NCBI RefSeq assembly: GCF_002571385.2
Contig: NW_019217787.1
Location: 1,839,896 to 1,903,895, forward strand
Reading direction: 5' to 3'
From: Stylophora pistillata
Taxonomy: Eukaryota
Length of the DNA stretch: 64,000 bases
The notes under the pieces were generated by a model, which saw only the letters and a list, made by a program, of their open reading frames with translations, was not told the origin of the DNA and did not search any database. Shown here one piece after another: positions 24,261 to 37,326 of this stretch. Each line of letters opens with the position of its first letter. The first letter of the stretch is position 1. The translations under genes and the position numbers were made by a program.

Positions 24261-27200
24261 ATGCATATCTTGATGTATAAACTGAAAGACTCATCTCTCG
24301 GTCGACTAATTGTTTTCCTTCTGATATGCGCACTCGTTGTACCGCTAATAACACATTACTATTTAGCACAGGAGACTCGTAACAGTTTTCAGTCGCGAAC
24401 TATAAAGTTAGACAGACCCGCTGACAGAGTTGATTTGGTATTAGACAGGATCGATGGTATGAAATACGAAATTGAGGAGCTGAAGAGGATCAAATTGTCT
24501 CTGGGTAATGAACTACGAGAGTTGGAGGGTAAAAAGAACAGGCTTTTACAAATAATTTCCAATTATTCTAAAATAGCAGAGGGCTATAGGGGTCAAGCTG
24601 AACATTATCATGGTGATGTGGCTCGGGCTCAAAGGGAACTTGAATTGATAAAACTTGCTAAAAGAAGGGCTAATGACTGTCCAATACTACCGCATTTAAA
24701 ACTACCTTACAAATTAGATGTCTCACCTTTAAACAACAGTGATTTACTTCCTCACCAAAGTACCGTATCAAACTGTCACCTACACAACTGCTTTGATTTC
24801 TCAAGGTGTCCATTTGGTTCAGGTCTCCCAGTGTTTATATATGAGCAGCCTTTTGGCCAGCTGTTGTCAGATTCAGGTGGGATGGAAATTTTTCAGCTGT
24901 TACAGGGAAATCCTTATACTGTTGAACCTGAGAAAGCTTGCTTGTACATAGTCATTGTTGGATCAATTGAAGCAAGTCGGCATTCAAAGAGTAAGAGTGA
25001 ACTTGAGAAAGAATTACACCTACTGCCTTACTGGAGAGGAAATGGTAAAAATCATTTACTTCTCCATATAAGAACAAGTGTGAGGCACTCTACTAGTATT
25101 CTCTCTCTGGGTATCAGCACAGGCCTTGCCTTCATTGCTCAGTCAACATTTTTCAAAGATAGAACATATCGCCATGGCTTTGATATTGTTGTACCACCAT
25201 CAAATGGACCCAGCAAAGGAGATGTGTGGCACCTTGCTGCTTTACACCTACCAGCTAGAAGAACATTTTTATTAAGTTTTCAGGGTGTACATAAAGATCA
25301 TCTAACTGATACTATGATAATTTTACGCAATCAACTCTATCAAATTTCTAAAGACGCCAGAGACTTTTTCATTGAACTATATTTATCAAAATCTGAATTC
25401 TTAGGCTCAGAGCAAAGTGGTGATTGGTTATTGTGGGGAAGCCATGAAAGCAGATCAAAGATTTTAAAGCAATCAACTTTTTCTTTAATAGTAGGATCAA
25501 ATCATGTTGGCTCAAGTTGGGATAATACTCACATTCGATTGCTTGAAGCCTTACAGTTTGGAGCTATACCAGTCATACTGTCAAATGACTTTATTTTACC
25601 TTTCAATGATATGATTGATTGGCGAAAAGCAGCTATCATTCTGACTCAAGCTCGCCTTCCAGAGTTAAATGTTTTACTTAGAACTATAACAAATGAAGAT
25701 ATCTTAGACCTTCGCCGTCAAGGAAGGTTCTTATGGGAAACATATCTTTCAACAACCGATGCTATTTTGAAGACAGTGTTAGCCACTATAAGAACACGCC
25801 TGTCAATTCCTGCTGATCCTGTGACTGCATCACCAACAGTATCAGTTTTTGGTGATTCTAAGCCACCATTAACAAGTCCTCCAGATCCAGATGCACTGAC
25901 AAGCTTACCAGAGGTGTCTCCAACTTTCATCAGGAATTTAACAACAACTACTGTTGATAGCTATTATGCATGGAATTTCCCTCCAGGTTCATTCAGAATG
26001 TATCCAAGTACACCATTTGCTCCAGTCCTACCATCATCAGCACCTTTTCAAAATTCAAGCACAAGGTTTGAACTCATTGGTGATGGGATGGGTGGAGCAG
26101 GTGTAGAGTTTAGTAAAGCTTTGGGAGGAAATCATCCAGTAGAACAGTTTACAATTGTCATCTTGACATATCAGAGGGAACTGGTACTTATTGAAGCAGT
26201 TCAACGTCTTGTTGGCCTGCAGTATCTTAATAAAGTGGTTGTTGTGTGGAACAGTCCTGAGCCCCCATCTTTGTCCCTGAGATGGCCTGATATTGGGGTT
26301 CCAGTTCATGTGAGTTGATGATGGAATGATTTTAATTACTTCATAACTGATTATTCCTCATTATTGACTTTTAAGATGTTCCAAAAAAAGTAACCAAGTA
26401 CTCAATAATAATTTCTGTGGAAAGAGGTAGTTTAAGGGGTGCTAATGCTACATGAACTGATTCTGATACAGTCAAAGCTAAAAAGATTGTGAGAAAAGGG
26501 ACTGTTTTTTTTCCAAGCTTCCACTTTGTGGCAATGTGTGTTTTGCAGGGTTTTTGCCCTCATCAATTGTTACATGATGAAAGTCAAACTCAAAACCTTA
26601 TTGTTGTGAAATAAATGTATGGGTTGTTTAAAAGTTACCAACAAGTTAGGCTTATAATTTTAGTTTTATTTCGTTGACAACCACACAATGTCAGCTTACT
26701 CACTAATTTACAAGGGAATAGATAGCAAGCATCACAGGCATCAGATTGCAGCAGTTGTGATAAAATGCTGGTAGAGTTGTACTTCTAATAAGCTATTAAT
26801 ACTTTTCTGTTTTTTTGTTTTGAACAGGTTGTTAAAGTAGCAAAGAACAGTTTGAACAATCGATTTATTCCCTACGATGTTATAGAAACAGATGCTATTT
26901 TTTCTGTTGATGATGATGTAGAAATGCGACCTGATGAAATACTCCTGGGATTCAGGTGACCAATGTTTTATTATTAACAGATCATGAAAGTGCTCAGTGT
27001 TTCCAAGGGAAAATTTGTGCTGTAATTATTTAATCTTGGACAGTTATCAAGTGTCTTTCTGTTGCCATGTTACAACATAATTTGTCATTTAAAGAATACC
27101 TCTTTACACCAATGATGAAACTGACTGCCAGAAGGGCATCACTTTAGCATAACTGGCACTCAAGCTGTGAAACAGTCAGTTCAGTTCACATTATTAAGTG

Positions 27201-27964
27201 AATGGTATTGTTTTGCAGAGTTTGGAGGGAAGCAAGAGATCGTGTTGTAGGATTCCCAGCACGCTTCCATGCTTGGGATGCTCAGAACAAGCAGTGGCTG
27301 TACAGTTCAGAATATACATGTGAGTTTTCCATGATACTCACTGGGGCAGCTTTCTACCACAAGGTGAGTCAGAAAAAATGCTTCTGAACAAGTAATGTTG
27401 GATATGCCAGCTAGGGAAAAGTCTGCATCGGGTCAAATTTCCCTATTACTTTGATTACAATTTTTCAAGATTTAACCAAAAGAATATTCTCTTGAATGAT
27501 GAACAATCACGACTTCATATGTTTATAATGCGTCAAATATTTCTGCTTACGTGAAATTGGCCTAATTGTGTCAGGTGACTAAATTTACCCCCAATTAAAA
27601 CTGTAGAATATTTGGTGATTTTAGTCAAGAGATATTCCCACTATTGGGATGAAAGTCTTTCAATCAAGTTAGAAGAGCATTTCTGTCAAAATTCAAGAGC
27701 TCCTTAAAGACTTACTTTTTTAGATTAGCTTTTTATTAGATTTTATTTTATTTGATGTACTTATTTGTAAATAGTTTTATATAAGGTTATATTTAATTTC
27801 ATATAATTAATACTTATTATAATCTTACATGCACATTATATATATATTTAGTATTTTTTAAATGCACATTAGATTATATGCGTATAGATTTATGTGCAAT
27901 ATCAATATAAAGTATTATTATTAGTAGTAGTAGTAGTAGCAGTAGCAGTAGCAGTAGCAGTAGC

Positions 27965-27997
<33 letters not shown>

Positions 27998-29354
27998 TAT
28001 TGTAAAGAAAAGACAAACCTGTCTGTAGCTTAACTATTTCCCTGAGTGCTACAAAATGTATTTGAAAGATGAAAAACATAATAACCCTCCTCTAATTTGA
28101 GGATATACTCTGGTACATCTTTTCTTTTCTTTTGTTTAAAGCATACAGTTTTCCATGAGTTTAGCTCTTGGAAAAATGTTTGCGTTTCAGAACAGATGAT
28201 GTTTATGGAGAAATATGCAAGTATGTTTCTGTGTCAAAGAGAGGCTTTGGTTTCTGCATTCATGGTACATTGTATTCTTGGAGATGTTATCACAAGTCCT
28301 CTTTAAAACTGAAATGACCTCCAAATGTTAAAACCCAAATTAAGCCCCCATCAATCCTACAATTTGAAAATAACCTTGCAAAGATCCTAAGGATTTTGAT
28401 TCACTACTATTGTAGATAAAGACCCTTCAGCCACCTCTTTAGCTTTCTTCCTTGTTTGATATCATTTGCGACACATCTGTTCTGTTGGGATCCTTGTTCC
28501 TTTGGTGTTTCCTTGCCCCAAGGCAAGGTCAACCTGAAGTAGAAGGAGCTAAGCAGTATAAGCATTGTACAGAAAGTATCTAGGGGATAAAGAGTATTTG
28601 ACAGTATTATATTTATTTTGAAGGTGTTTTAATTACTTTTTCTTTTCTCCTTAGTATTTTCGTTATTTATATACAAATTGGATGCCACAGATTATTAGAG
28701 ACAAAGTTGATGAATACATGAATTGTGAGGACCTTGCCATGAATTTCTTGGTCTCTCACATCACAAGAAAACCTCCCATAAAGGTATGTATCTGGCTGAG
28801 TTGAGTTTATGGTGAGGGATTTATTAGATTTTCAAGCTGCTTCACCAAGACAGTAGTAACCCTGCTTTTAATATTGGCATATGATTGACCAATTTGGTTG
28901 GTGTATTGATGGTTTTTTGTCATTGTGGGCCCTCCCTAATAATGGAAAAAAAAAATGATTGCAAACTTGAGAAGCTTATGATTGTCAAACAAATTCTCCT
29001 TGTCAGTAACCATAGGAAAAGTAAAGATAACAGTGAGGAGAATATGAGTAGAAATGTTTGAGTGAAAACTCAGTGGGTAAAACAGTAGCTGCTATATAAT
29101 ACTCAGTAGCTTTTGGTTAAATAGAATAATGCTATTTATTTTAGGTGACCTCACGTTGGACTTTCATGTGCCCAAACTGTCCTGTGTCACTGTGGAATGA
29201 TAAAACTCACTTTGAGGAACGCAGCAAATGTATCAATTTCTTTGTAAAGGTATATGGTTACATGCCATTGCTGAGAACACAGTTTAGAGCTGATTCTGTC
29301 CTTTTTAAAACCAGAATTCCCAGTGACAAGTCAAAGTGTTTTAAATATGTTTAA
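24261..29354 (+). CDS. EXTL3: Exostosin-like 3 glycosyltransferase (heparan sulfate GlcNAc transferase; GT47 + GT64 domains), ~886 aa
   Basis: Exons 24261-26309, 26828-26955, 27219-27363, 28655-28783 and 29145-29354 join in frame. Features: type II TM anchor (..[10 protein letters not shown]), coiled coil, [80 protein letters not shown], and the C-terminus [22 protein letters not shown] typical of EXTL3. Confidence 0.95.
27913..27999. repeat. Compound microsatellite (TAT)n(AGT)n(AGCAGT)n(AGT)n in EXTL3 intron 3
   Basis: tattattattagtagtagtagtagtagcagtagcagtagcag...agtagtagt is directly visible. Confidence 0.9.
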
Positions 29355-30857
29355 ATTGTAAATTAGTTAGATAAAGGCAAAGGTGTGTGAGCAATTTTAC
29401 AAAATTATCACAGCAATAATGTAAATGTATATTATGGCCACAAAAGAAACACAAAGGACTCATTTTCCGGAAACGCGTGGGTAAATTTAAGGATTTGAGA
29501 GATAGTTTATTTTTGTGGTAGCCTTTTCAGGTTGTAAAGGGCTGAAACAGCAGCAAGACAATTTTATTTAAAATCTATGTTATTTTGGATGTGGTTTTCA
29601 ATCATCACTATGCACGTGGGACTTTGGGAATGATAGAGTTTAGGATATTCTTTTACCCATCCATTTTCTGAATTACCTAAGTTACTACTAACAATAAATG
29701 AAACACCCAAAAAAGTTTAGTAGACTTTCATGAACAACAATATTTGTCAGAAAATCTTATGAGCAACCATTCATCGTATACAAATTAAGACTAGCCAGAG
29801 CAAATTGAATATTTGTGGCTACCATCTCCTAGAGGAGGCAAAGCCATGCATTTTGTTGAGACAAATGAGTGAGTGTAGCAATAGAATTCCAATTGTGAAA
29901 GTCAACGGGACAGTAAATTCTAGAATTAGCTTTCTCTTGTGGGACAGGGTACTCATAAATATGTGGGATGCGGCAGGTTTTCTGTTTTGCTTGTGAGACA
30001 AATGTTCTGTAACACTGCCTTTACAGTCTCTAGTTCTTTTCAGTGCTATAAAAACAGGGTGATACCAGTAGCCACATGTAGCCTTTGACTGTCTATTTTA
30101 TTCAATAGATTGTTTGACCAGTAATTAAGAGAGCCAACACATGGATTTGTTTTTATTATCTTTTAATCATGGTTATTTGTAAGACACTCTTATGATACAA
30201 AAATATTCACAAGATATTGAAGACTAAATTCATAGTGTGGCATGTTGAGTTAATTGAGTCATTAGTATGTACCTTTCAACATTGCACGGAATGAGAAAAA
30301 AAGAAACAAACTATCAGATTTTAAGTTGTCACAGTGTAACAGGCAAAAAAAGGAAGAAGACAAATTCACAAATCATTGATTAAAAAAGAAAAACTAACAG
30401 GCAGAGCATCTTGTTAACATAATGAAGTTTTTCAGTATCAGCTTTTCTCAGATTCTCATAGTATTTAATCCATATGATGACAAATTTCATACATGTAAAG
30501 TTGAAAGATGCATACTTGTTGAGTTGGAGGGTAGGGTACAGAAAAGAAAAAAAACTAGAAAAGAAAACAATTAGATAAAAAGACAATTTGAATTTTTCAT
30601 TTATTTATTACATGTGTATTTTGCTTTTTGCAGATTGTTTGTGAAATATGAATAAATCATTTGAATATATTTCATATCTAATATATATAAATTTTCCATC
30701 CAAAATATAATCATTGTAGAGAAATGAAGGTAGAGTAGGAGATTTTATATCTAGCTCAGTCAGGTACAATAACATGTTGATAATTTAAGTTTTACTAGAC
30801 TTAATAAAGAGAATACCTAATTAGCTAAGCTGCAATTTTCTGTTAGTTTTCCTCAAT

Positions 30858-31179
30858 GAGGGGGGCAATGGGGCCTCTGGGAAACAGCAAAACTGGAGAA
30901 AAAACCTCCAAAACGGAAAAATGGACAAAAAAAGGCAGCAAAACCGAAAACCACATGCAAACCTGACAAAACCGCTACATTTTCACCTTTAAAGGGGTCA
31001 AAAAGGAAAAAGCAAAAACCGCATCAGCGTTTTCATGAAAACAGAAAACCGAATGCAAAAACACGTAAAGTGTGCAAACTGCTCTGAACATCAAAACCAA
31101 AAAACCAAATCTTTTTGGCCCAAAAACCAATCCAAAAAACAGTCAAAACTGCAAAACTGAAAATCCCAAAGCCCCCCTC
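30858..31179. mobile_element. MITE with short GAGGGGGGC/GCCCCCCTC termini and internal AAAACCG-like repeats
   Basis: Terminal inverted 9-mers and many aaaaccg/aaaactg units inside; no clear TSD. Confidence 0.55.
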
Positions 31180-31944
31180 CTTAATATTAAATGAATATAT
31201 TTCAAATTGGTTTTGCAATTTATTGCAATTTTTTATTAGTTTTAATTCTTCACATCCAAGATCTCTTTGGTGATTATCCCTACTGTCTGCTATACAATTG
31301 TTATGATGTTAATTCAGAGAATTTTGTAGAAGGTCAACTAATATCCCTAATTGATATTTTTTCTTTACTCTTGTCACTTTTCTGCTTGATATATTGATAT
31401 TGTAAGGGTAAAATTATGGAAGTTAAAGGAAGAAAATGTGGTCCCACTCAGTCAACCATACACTAGACTGTTGAATTCAAAATGATACCATTATCTGATA
31501 CAAACACAACTGTACTCCGACCAGATTGAGTTTTACTTACATGCCATCGTGTTATTCTTGAGAAATTTTTGCAAGATTTAGTAACGTTTGAAGAGTGTTT
31601 GAAATAGAAAAGATTATTTTCAAGATTTTATCAAGGGCTACACGCACTCATTCTCTTTCGTACCTTCTACGACTGATACTCAGTATTGCTCCTATCAGTC
31701 TCCGAAGGTACTCAGATAACTACATCACCGCTTCGGGTAAGTTACCCTCCGGGGAAATTACTTCTCCATCTCAACCCACCCGTCGAACTTGTCGTGCGCG
31801 TCAAAACAAAAATTTGATGTTAGCGCGGCGCGAGGAGCCCTGGGAGTGAGGCGCCTCTGAAGGGACTGTTCATATCCATAGCCTCATCCGATCAACATTG
31901 TGGCATCTATCTGAGGTTCATTAAGGCTCCTTTCTGCTTCATAA

Positions 31945-34900
31945 ATGGGTTGCAAGACAAATTGTGCGGTTTTTGTGGCGATTTTCAGTATTTCAGTGGT
32001 GGTAATTCCTATTATTTTGAGTAGATATTCTGTCAACGATGGAAAACCCCCACCCCTTGATCGCGAGGAATGGTGGGGCAAAGGGGACAAAAAAGATGAC
32101 GAACCGGACACCAACGTTTATGAATTCTCCGTCAGCTTGACAGACGAACTTCTGAAGGATCTTGAAGAAAGATTATCCAAGACTCGTTTCTTTGAAAACT
32201 TGGACGGTATCGATTGGGAATACGGTATTAACCCCGACTACATGAAACAATTAACCCAACATTGGAGGACGAAGTACAATTGGCGTAAGCAAGAGGAAAT
32301 TCTCAACACTTACAAACACTACAAGACAAAGATAAATGGAATAAAAATTCACTTTCTGCATTTTAAGCCTGAATTGAGAGAGGGCCAGAGACTCATTCCA
32401 ATTATGTTGGTTCATGGTTGGCCAGGGTCGTTTTATGAATTTTACAAAGTCATTCCAAAGCTTATAGCTTCTTCAACAGAAGAGTATGCCTTCTCCATTA
32501 TCTGTCCATCGATTCCAGGTTACGGTTTCTCAGAAGCCCCTCATAAGCCAGGCTTTGAGTCCTTTGCGGCAGGACGAATTTTTAGCAAGCTGATGGCACG
32601 ACTTGGTTATGATTCCTATTACCTTCAGGGTGGAGACTGGGGGAGTGCGATAACGTGTGCAATGGCACTAATGGATCCCAGGTGAGGAAGACTTGGTATA
32701 TTTTATAAGTAATAAAGAAGAAATACCTTTTCTATTTCATTGTTGAGCTCAAAATTAACCTTTATTCTTATTCTATTTACCCATCAAGGGCATAGGTAGA
32801 GGGGGTCCTGGGGTGCCCATAACCCCCTCCCCCCTTGTTAGCCTTTTTACTTTTTTCTGAGCAAACAACCTACACTATTCAAGTGGTAAAACCAATGAGC
32901 ACCCTCAGTTTGATGCAGTGTGACCCAGTCTTTGAAAAGTTCGGGCTATGCCCTTGCATGTATGACAATTTCCACACTACTAGTCCTAACATTGTGCAGA
33001 ATATGTCTTAGATAATTATGAACCTAGCAGTTGCCTAGCTACCACAAACAGTGTCAGTTGCTCTGGGGATAGATCATCAGGTCAGGGAATCTGAAGATCT
33101 GTGATTTGATTCCTTATAAGGAATTTTTCTTTGTTAATCATTTATGACGAGTCAAAGAAACGTCATTTCATCACTGAGCTCTACATTCACCATCTTTCCC
33201 ATTCTATTTAGGGTTAAACTTTGTCGGAATTGACATATAATTAAGCTAGTCTTTAGGTATTCGAAATTTTCAGTTTGGTTATTGGGATAGAGATTGGTGC
33301 AATTATGATTTTCATTCTCTCACATCTCAAGTGCAGTGATATAGAAAATTTTAAACTAATGGTTTCGAATCTCTTAGTTGTCAGACCAGGTTAATATTCC
33401 CATTGTCTCAGATTCAACAGAAATATCTACTTTTCTGCAAAATATTACAGGTGATAAGTTTTAATGTTTTTAAGAAGCAAATATCCTACATAGAACCTTG
33501 ATCTTTATAGGCCTACTAATGATAATGTTTGTTCTGTCTTCATCTTTTTTTAGTCACATTCGAGGACTTCATTTAAACATGTTCCCACTGTTCAATAAAA
33601 ACCCCTTATCGTACATTCAGGCCAAACTGTTCTTTCCAGAAAAGGAGCAGCAAAAGATTTTTCCAATATCAAAGGTGTTGATTAAAATTCTCCGTGAGGG
33701 AGGATATTTTCACTTACAAGGTACAAGTATTAAATATTACCTTTCAGTAATTTTTCATTTGAAATTGAAATTTCTTATTTCTATTTCTGTGGATTACATC
33801 TTGCAGAAATGTTTTCATTTGGATTGGATTGCACAAAACTAAGTAACATAAGGGACTATTTTTGGCACTTGGTATAAACTCATATTATTAGTTGTACAAA
33901 ACCAGGTTGATTGAGGAAATATTTTTCATCAAGTTTTGTTGTAATATCTTGTTTCAGCAACTCGACCTAACACTGTTGCCTTGGCAAATAATGATTCTCC
34001 AGCTGGCCTGGCAGCATACCTTGTGGAAAAGTTTGCAATGTGGAGTGGCTGTGCAACCAATCACACAACAATCTGTTTGGAATCCTGCTTCACAAAAGAT
34101 GAACTGCTGACAAATGTGATGATATACTGGGCCACTCAATCTATTGCCCCGTCAATGAGGCTGTATTATGAAGCAATACACAGTGATGAGGAAGTGCGTT
34201 CTGCATCAAGGTGAAAAATGTATTCATAAACTAAAAACTGTTCAAAATTATCTTCATGATATAAGTCTGGACCGAGGCAAGCCTACAGTAGTTCTCAGCA
34301 TGAGAAATATCCTGATCTTCATGCCATATTTCTTTGGATAGGCACCCATGCTCTAATGAGTACCCTTCCCAAATAAGCACCCAGCACTTAGACCATTATG
34401 TCAAACAAGTGCCCCCCTCCTCCCTCACTTTCTTAAATAGTAGGAATACAAAGAAAATCTGTTTCTACTGCCACTTTATTTACAACTTTTCTAGCTTCAA
34501 CTACAACAGAATCAGAACAGGAGAATAATTTCTTTTCCGTTTCAGTTATTTCTATCTCCATGTGCTTTCAGAATTCCTTTGCGTGTATTATCTGTTCGTT
34601 TAATTTTTTGTCCTTTGTCCAAGGCTAATGTTTGAGGAATCATATGTTTAAATAGGTAGTTATTTAATTAGTTATTCAATTGCATATATAGTTATTTATT
34701 TATCCGTTTTTCGCTTGGCAGTATCCCCATTACGGTTCCCTCAGCACTGGCTGATTTTCCCCATGAACTTTTTCGGACTCCAGAACCTTGGATTCACAAC
34801 AAATTTACAGACGTTGTTCAGTTCACAGAAATGCCTCGTGGCGGACACTTTGCTGCCTTCGAAGAGCCCGAGTTATTTTCTGCAGATGTTATTCTGTTTG

Positions 34901-34947
34901 TCGCAAAAGTAGAAAAGCGCATACTAGAAAAACAGCAGAGGAACTGA
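31945..34947 (+). CDS. EPHX1: Microsomal epoxide hydrolase, ~460 aa
   Basis: Exons 31945-32681, 33554-33720, 33958-34210 and 34722-34947 join in frame (1383 nt). Features: N-terminal membrane anchor then WWGKG, oxyanion motif [14 protein letters not shown], nucleophile motif [19 protein letters not shown] (acid residue) and [10 protein letters not shown] (catalytic His). Confidence 0.95.
32731..33210 (+). mobile_element. Old tRNA-derived repeat with terminal redundancy, interrupted by a ~170-bp MITE (32785-32956)
   Basis: Diverged ~48-bp direct repeats (atttcat..tgagctc....tt.acc.t....c..attctattta) at ~32732-32779 and ~33163-33210. A decayed A/B-box region lies at ~33055-33115. The inner MITE has TIRs caagggcatag/ctatgcccttg. 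Confidence 0.5.
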
Positions 34948-35289
34948 AGGAATCCACTGGTTAAAGGGATATACAGACCTCTCAACCTCAAAACACCTAA
35001 AATCTGGAGACTGATGTAAAAAAATCTAGAGATTTCAGTAAAAATCTGGAGATTGGTCGACCGGCAGACAAAACCAAGTAAACACAGGTTCTTAAATTAA
35101 GAGAAAGTGTTTTTTTTCCTGCTCATAATTTACTTAAAACATGTGTGGATCTTAACAACACAGAAATAATCTTTAAATTTTCATCAGGTTCATCAATTGC
35201 CGCCATTTTGAAAACGTGTCGTGTCAAAATGCGAGAGACTGGTTATGATGACTTAATTTGGAACAGGTGTATGGTGGCCGAGAACTGCC

Positions 35290-35784
35290 NNNNNNNNNNN
35301 NNNNNNNNNNNNNNNNNNNNNNNNNNNNNNNNNNNNNNNNNNNNNNNNNNNNNNNNNNNNNNNNNNNNNNNNNNNNNNNNNNNNNNNNNNNNNNNNNNNN
35401 NNNNNNNNNNNNNNNNNNNNNNNNNNNNNNNNNNNNNNNNNNNNNNNNNNNNNNNNNNNNNNNNNNNNNNNNNNNNNNNNNNNNNNNNNNNNNNNNNNNN
35501 NNNNNNNNNNNNNNNNNNNNNNNNNNNNNNNNNNNNNNNNNNNNNNNNNNNNNNNNNNNNNNNNNNNNNNNNNNNNNNNNNNNNNNNNNNNNNNNNNNNN
35601 NNNNNNNNNNNNNNNNNNNNNNNNNNNNNNNNNNNNNNNNNNNNNNNNNNNNNNNNNNNNNNNNNNNNNNNNNNNNNNNNNNNNNNNNNNNNNNNNNNNN
35701 NNNNNNNNNNNNNNNNNNNNNNNNNNNNNNNNNNNNNNNNNNNNNNNNNNNNNNNNNNNNNNNNNNNNNNNNNNNNNNNNNNNN
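35290..35784. other. Assembly gap (495 N)
   Basis: Run of n; ORFs spanning it are artefacts. Confidence 1.
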
Positions 35785-36654
35785 CACGTTTTGCATCGTG
35801 CACGAGCGCATTTAAAAGTGCCTGGTTGGTCATTAGTCTGAAAAGAACTTCTGACCAAAATACTGCCTATGTTTTTGTCGCGTTTACTAGGCAACAGGAT
35901 CTATGATTCAATCACACAAAACTCCTCAAACCTTTGGTGTGTTACAGCCTCTGCAAGGCCCTAAAGCACTGAACAATATCATCGACCATACCACTATTGG
36001 TCCTGAACTACCTGTTAGCATTAATCCTGAGGCAATTCCAGCTTCTGTTTTCATTTGAGTTCCAACACCGTTGTACTTATTCCAACTTTGCCAGGTATTT
36101 TTCTTTTTGATAGGACACCCACGAGAACAATGGACTTCATGTGGCTTTTGCTGAGTGGCAGCATTCATAAGAGCTTCTCTCATGCCATATGGAAATAACT
36201 GATTTGCAATACACTCTTAGGACTGTAACACGAATGTTAAGTTCCAGCGAAAGCGATATGTAACGCAATTTGTAACTTGTGCTGTAGCTACGCATGGGGA
36301 AACGCGATATTTTGCAGCGTTTTCAGTTGGTTCATGTAACACCGTGTAGGATGGGTGTGCTTTCGCTTCGACTTGATAAAAAGTTCCATTTTTCTTCGAG
36401 ATTCACATTTATTACCAAAGCATGGTATTATTTACCTTCTATCAATTTGAATCTTAGCTTGTTATCTAAAATAGAGGTAAATTATACTCAAAGAAATAAT
36501 AATAATTTAATATTTACATTGCGCAAATTAACATGTGGATGTTATAAAATGCGCATCACAACACTTTTCGGGGGACTTAGGCCGGACTGCATCTGCAGTA
36601 TACAAACAATCGAAGGAAACTTATTTGAAAATACCCCCTCCCCCCAATTCTCAG

Positions 36655-36831
36655 TAAACAGGCCAGAACATATCACAGTAATCTCGTGAGTGGGTTCTTT
36701 AACGTCCCCTGCCTAACCAGATTAGTAAAGGTAATCGCATGGGGCCGAGTAAAATTAAGGATTAATATCACGCGTGTTTTCGGAAGTTGCGCCCGAGTCG
36801 CGCAGCGGCAAGGGCGCTTTCTGCAACTTCC

Positions 36832-36864
<33 letters not shown>

Positions 36865-37326
36865 GAGGAACCATGTGATTACTTTTTTATAATATAAGGG
36901 GCAAAATGTTTTCCTACTGATCTCGCGCAAAACGGGACGCCATTGTTACAAAACAAACAGAAATTTCTTTACCTTGGCAGTCGTTGCTAAGCGATTTTCA
37001 GCCAATCATTTTCATGTAATTTTGCCCGGGGCAAAATTAAGAAAAAAATGCCCTCTGTCTTGACCAATCACAATCCAGTAATTTTTGCCCCTTATATGAT
37101 AAACTAATTAATAGATGCAGAAGGCGGGACCTACGGTTTATTCGTCCTTATCCGAGAAGACTAGAATACCCATCCATTTCTTGATATTATAGAAAGGTAG
37201 CGCATTCTCCTCAGTTATTTTAAGACCATGAGTGTTGGTCCGACCGGGGGCTCGAACCATCGACCTCAACCTCCCACACAACTGAACAGTCCAGCGCTCT
37301 AACCAATTGAGCTAACCGGGAGGCGG
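36655..37326 (-). mobile_element. tRNA-derived SINE, split by a nested MITE
   Basis: The minus-strand head at ~37250-37320 has an A box (tagctcaattggttagagc) and a B box (ggttcgagccc). The body continues through 37110-37240 and appears to resume at 36720 on the other side of the insert. Confidence 0.6.
36721..37108. mobile_element. Double-hairpin MITE nested in the SINE
   Basis: Ends are attagt...actaat. A ~60-bp inverted repeat (gtaaaattaaggattaatatcac.cgtgttttcggaagttgc / gcaacttccgaaaacac.agtgatattaatccttaattttac) spans 36731-36882. A second IR, atataaggggcaaaa / ttttgccccttatat, spans 36892-37097. Confidence 0.7.

Noticed and set aside
31945-34947. Epoxide hydrolase as part of the human 8p21 synteny (EPHX2 lies there)
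   Set aside because: This gene is the microsomal EPHX1 type (TM anchor, HGWPG, GGDWG), not the soluble EPHX2 type.
35145-35906. Long ORFs of 185-253 aa
   Set aside because: They consist mostly of N-gap codons.
35926-36183. 85-aa minus-strand ORF beside the gap
   Set aside because: No identifiable motif; likely a repeat or gene relic truncated by the gap.
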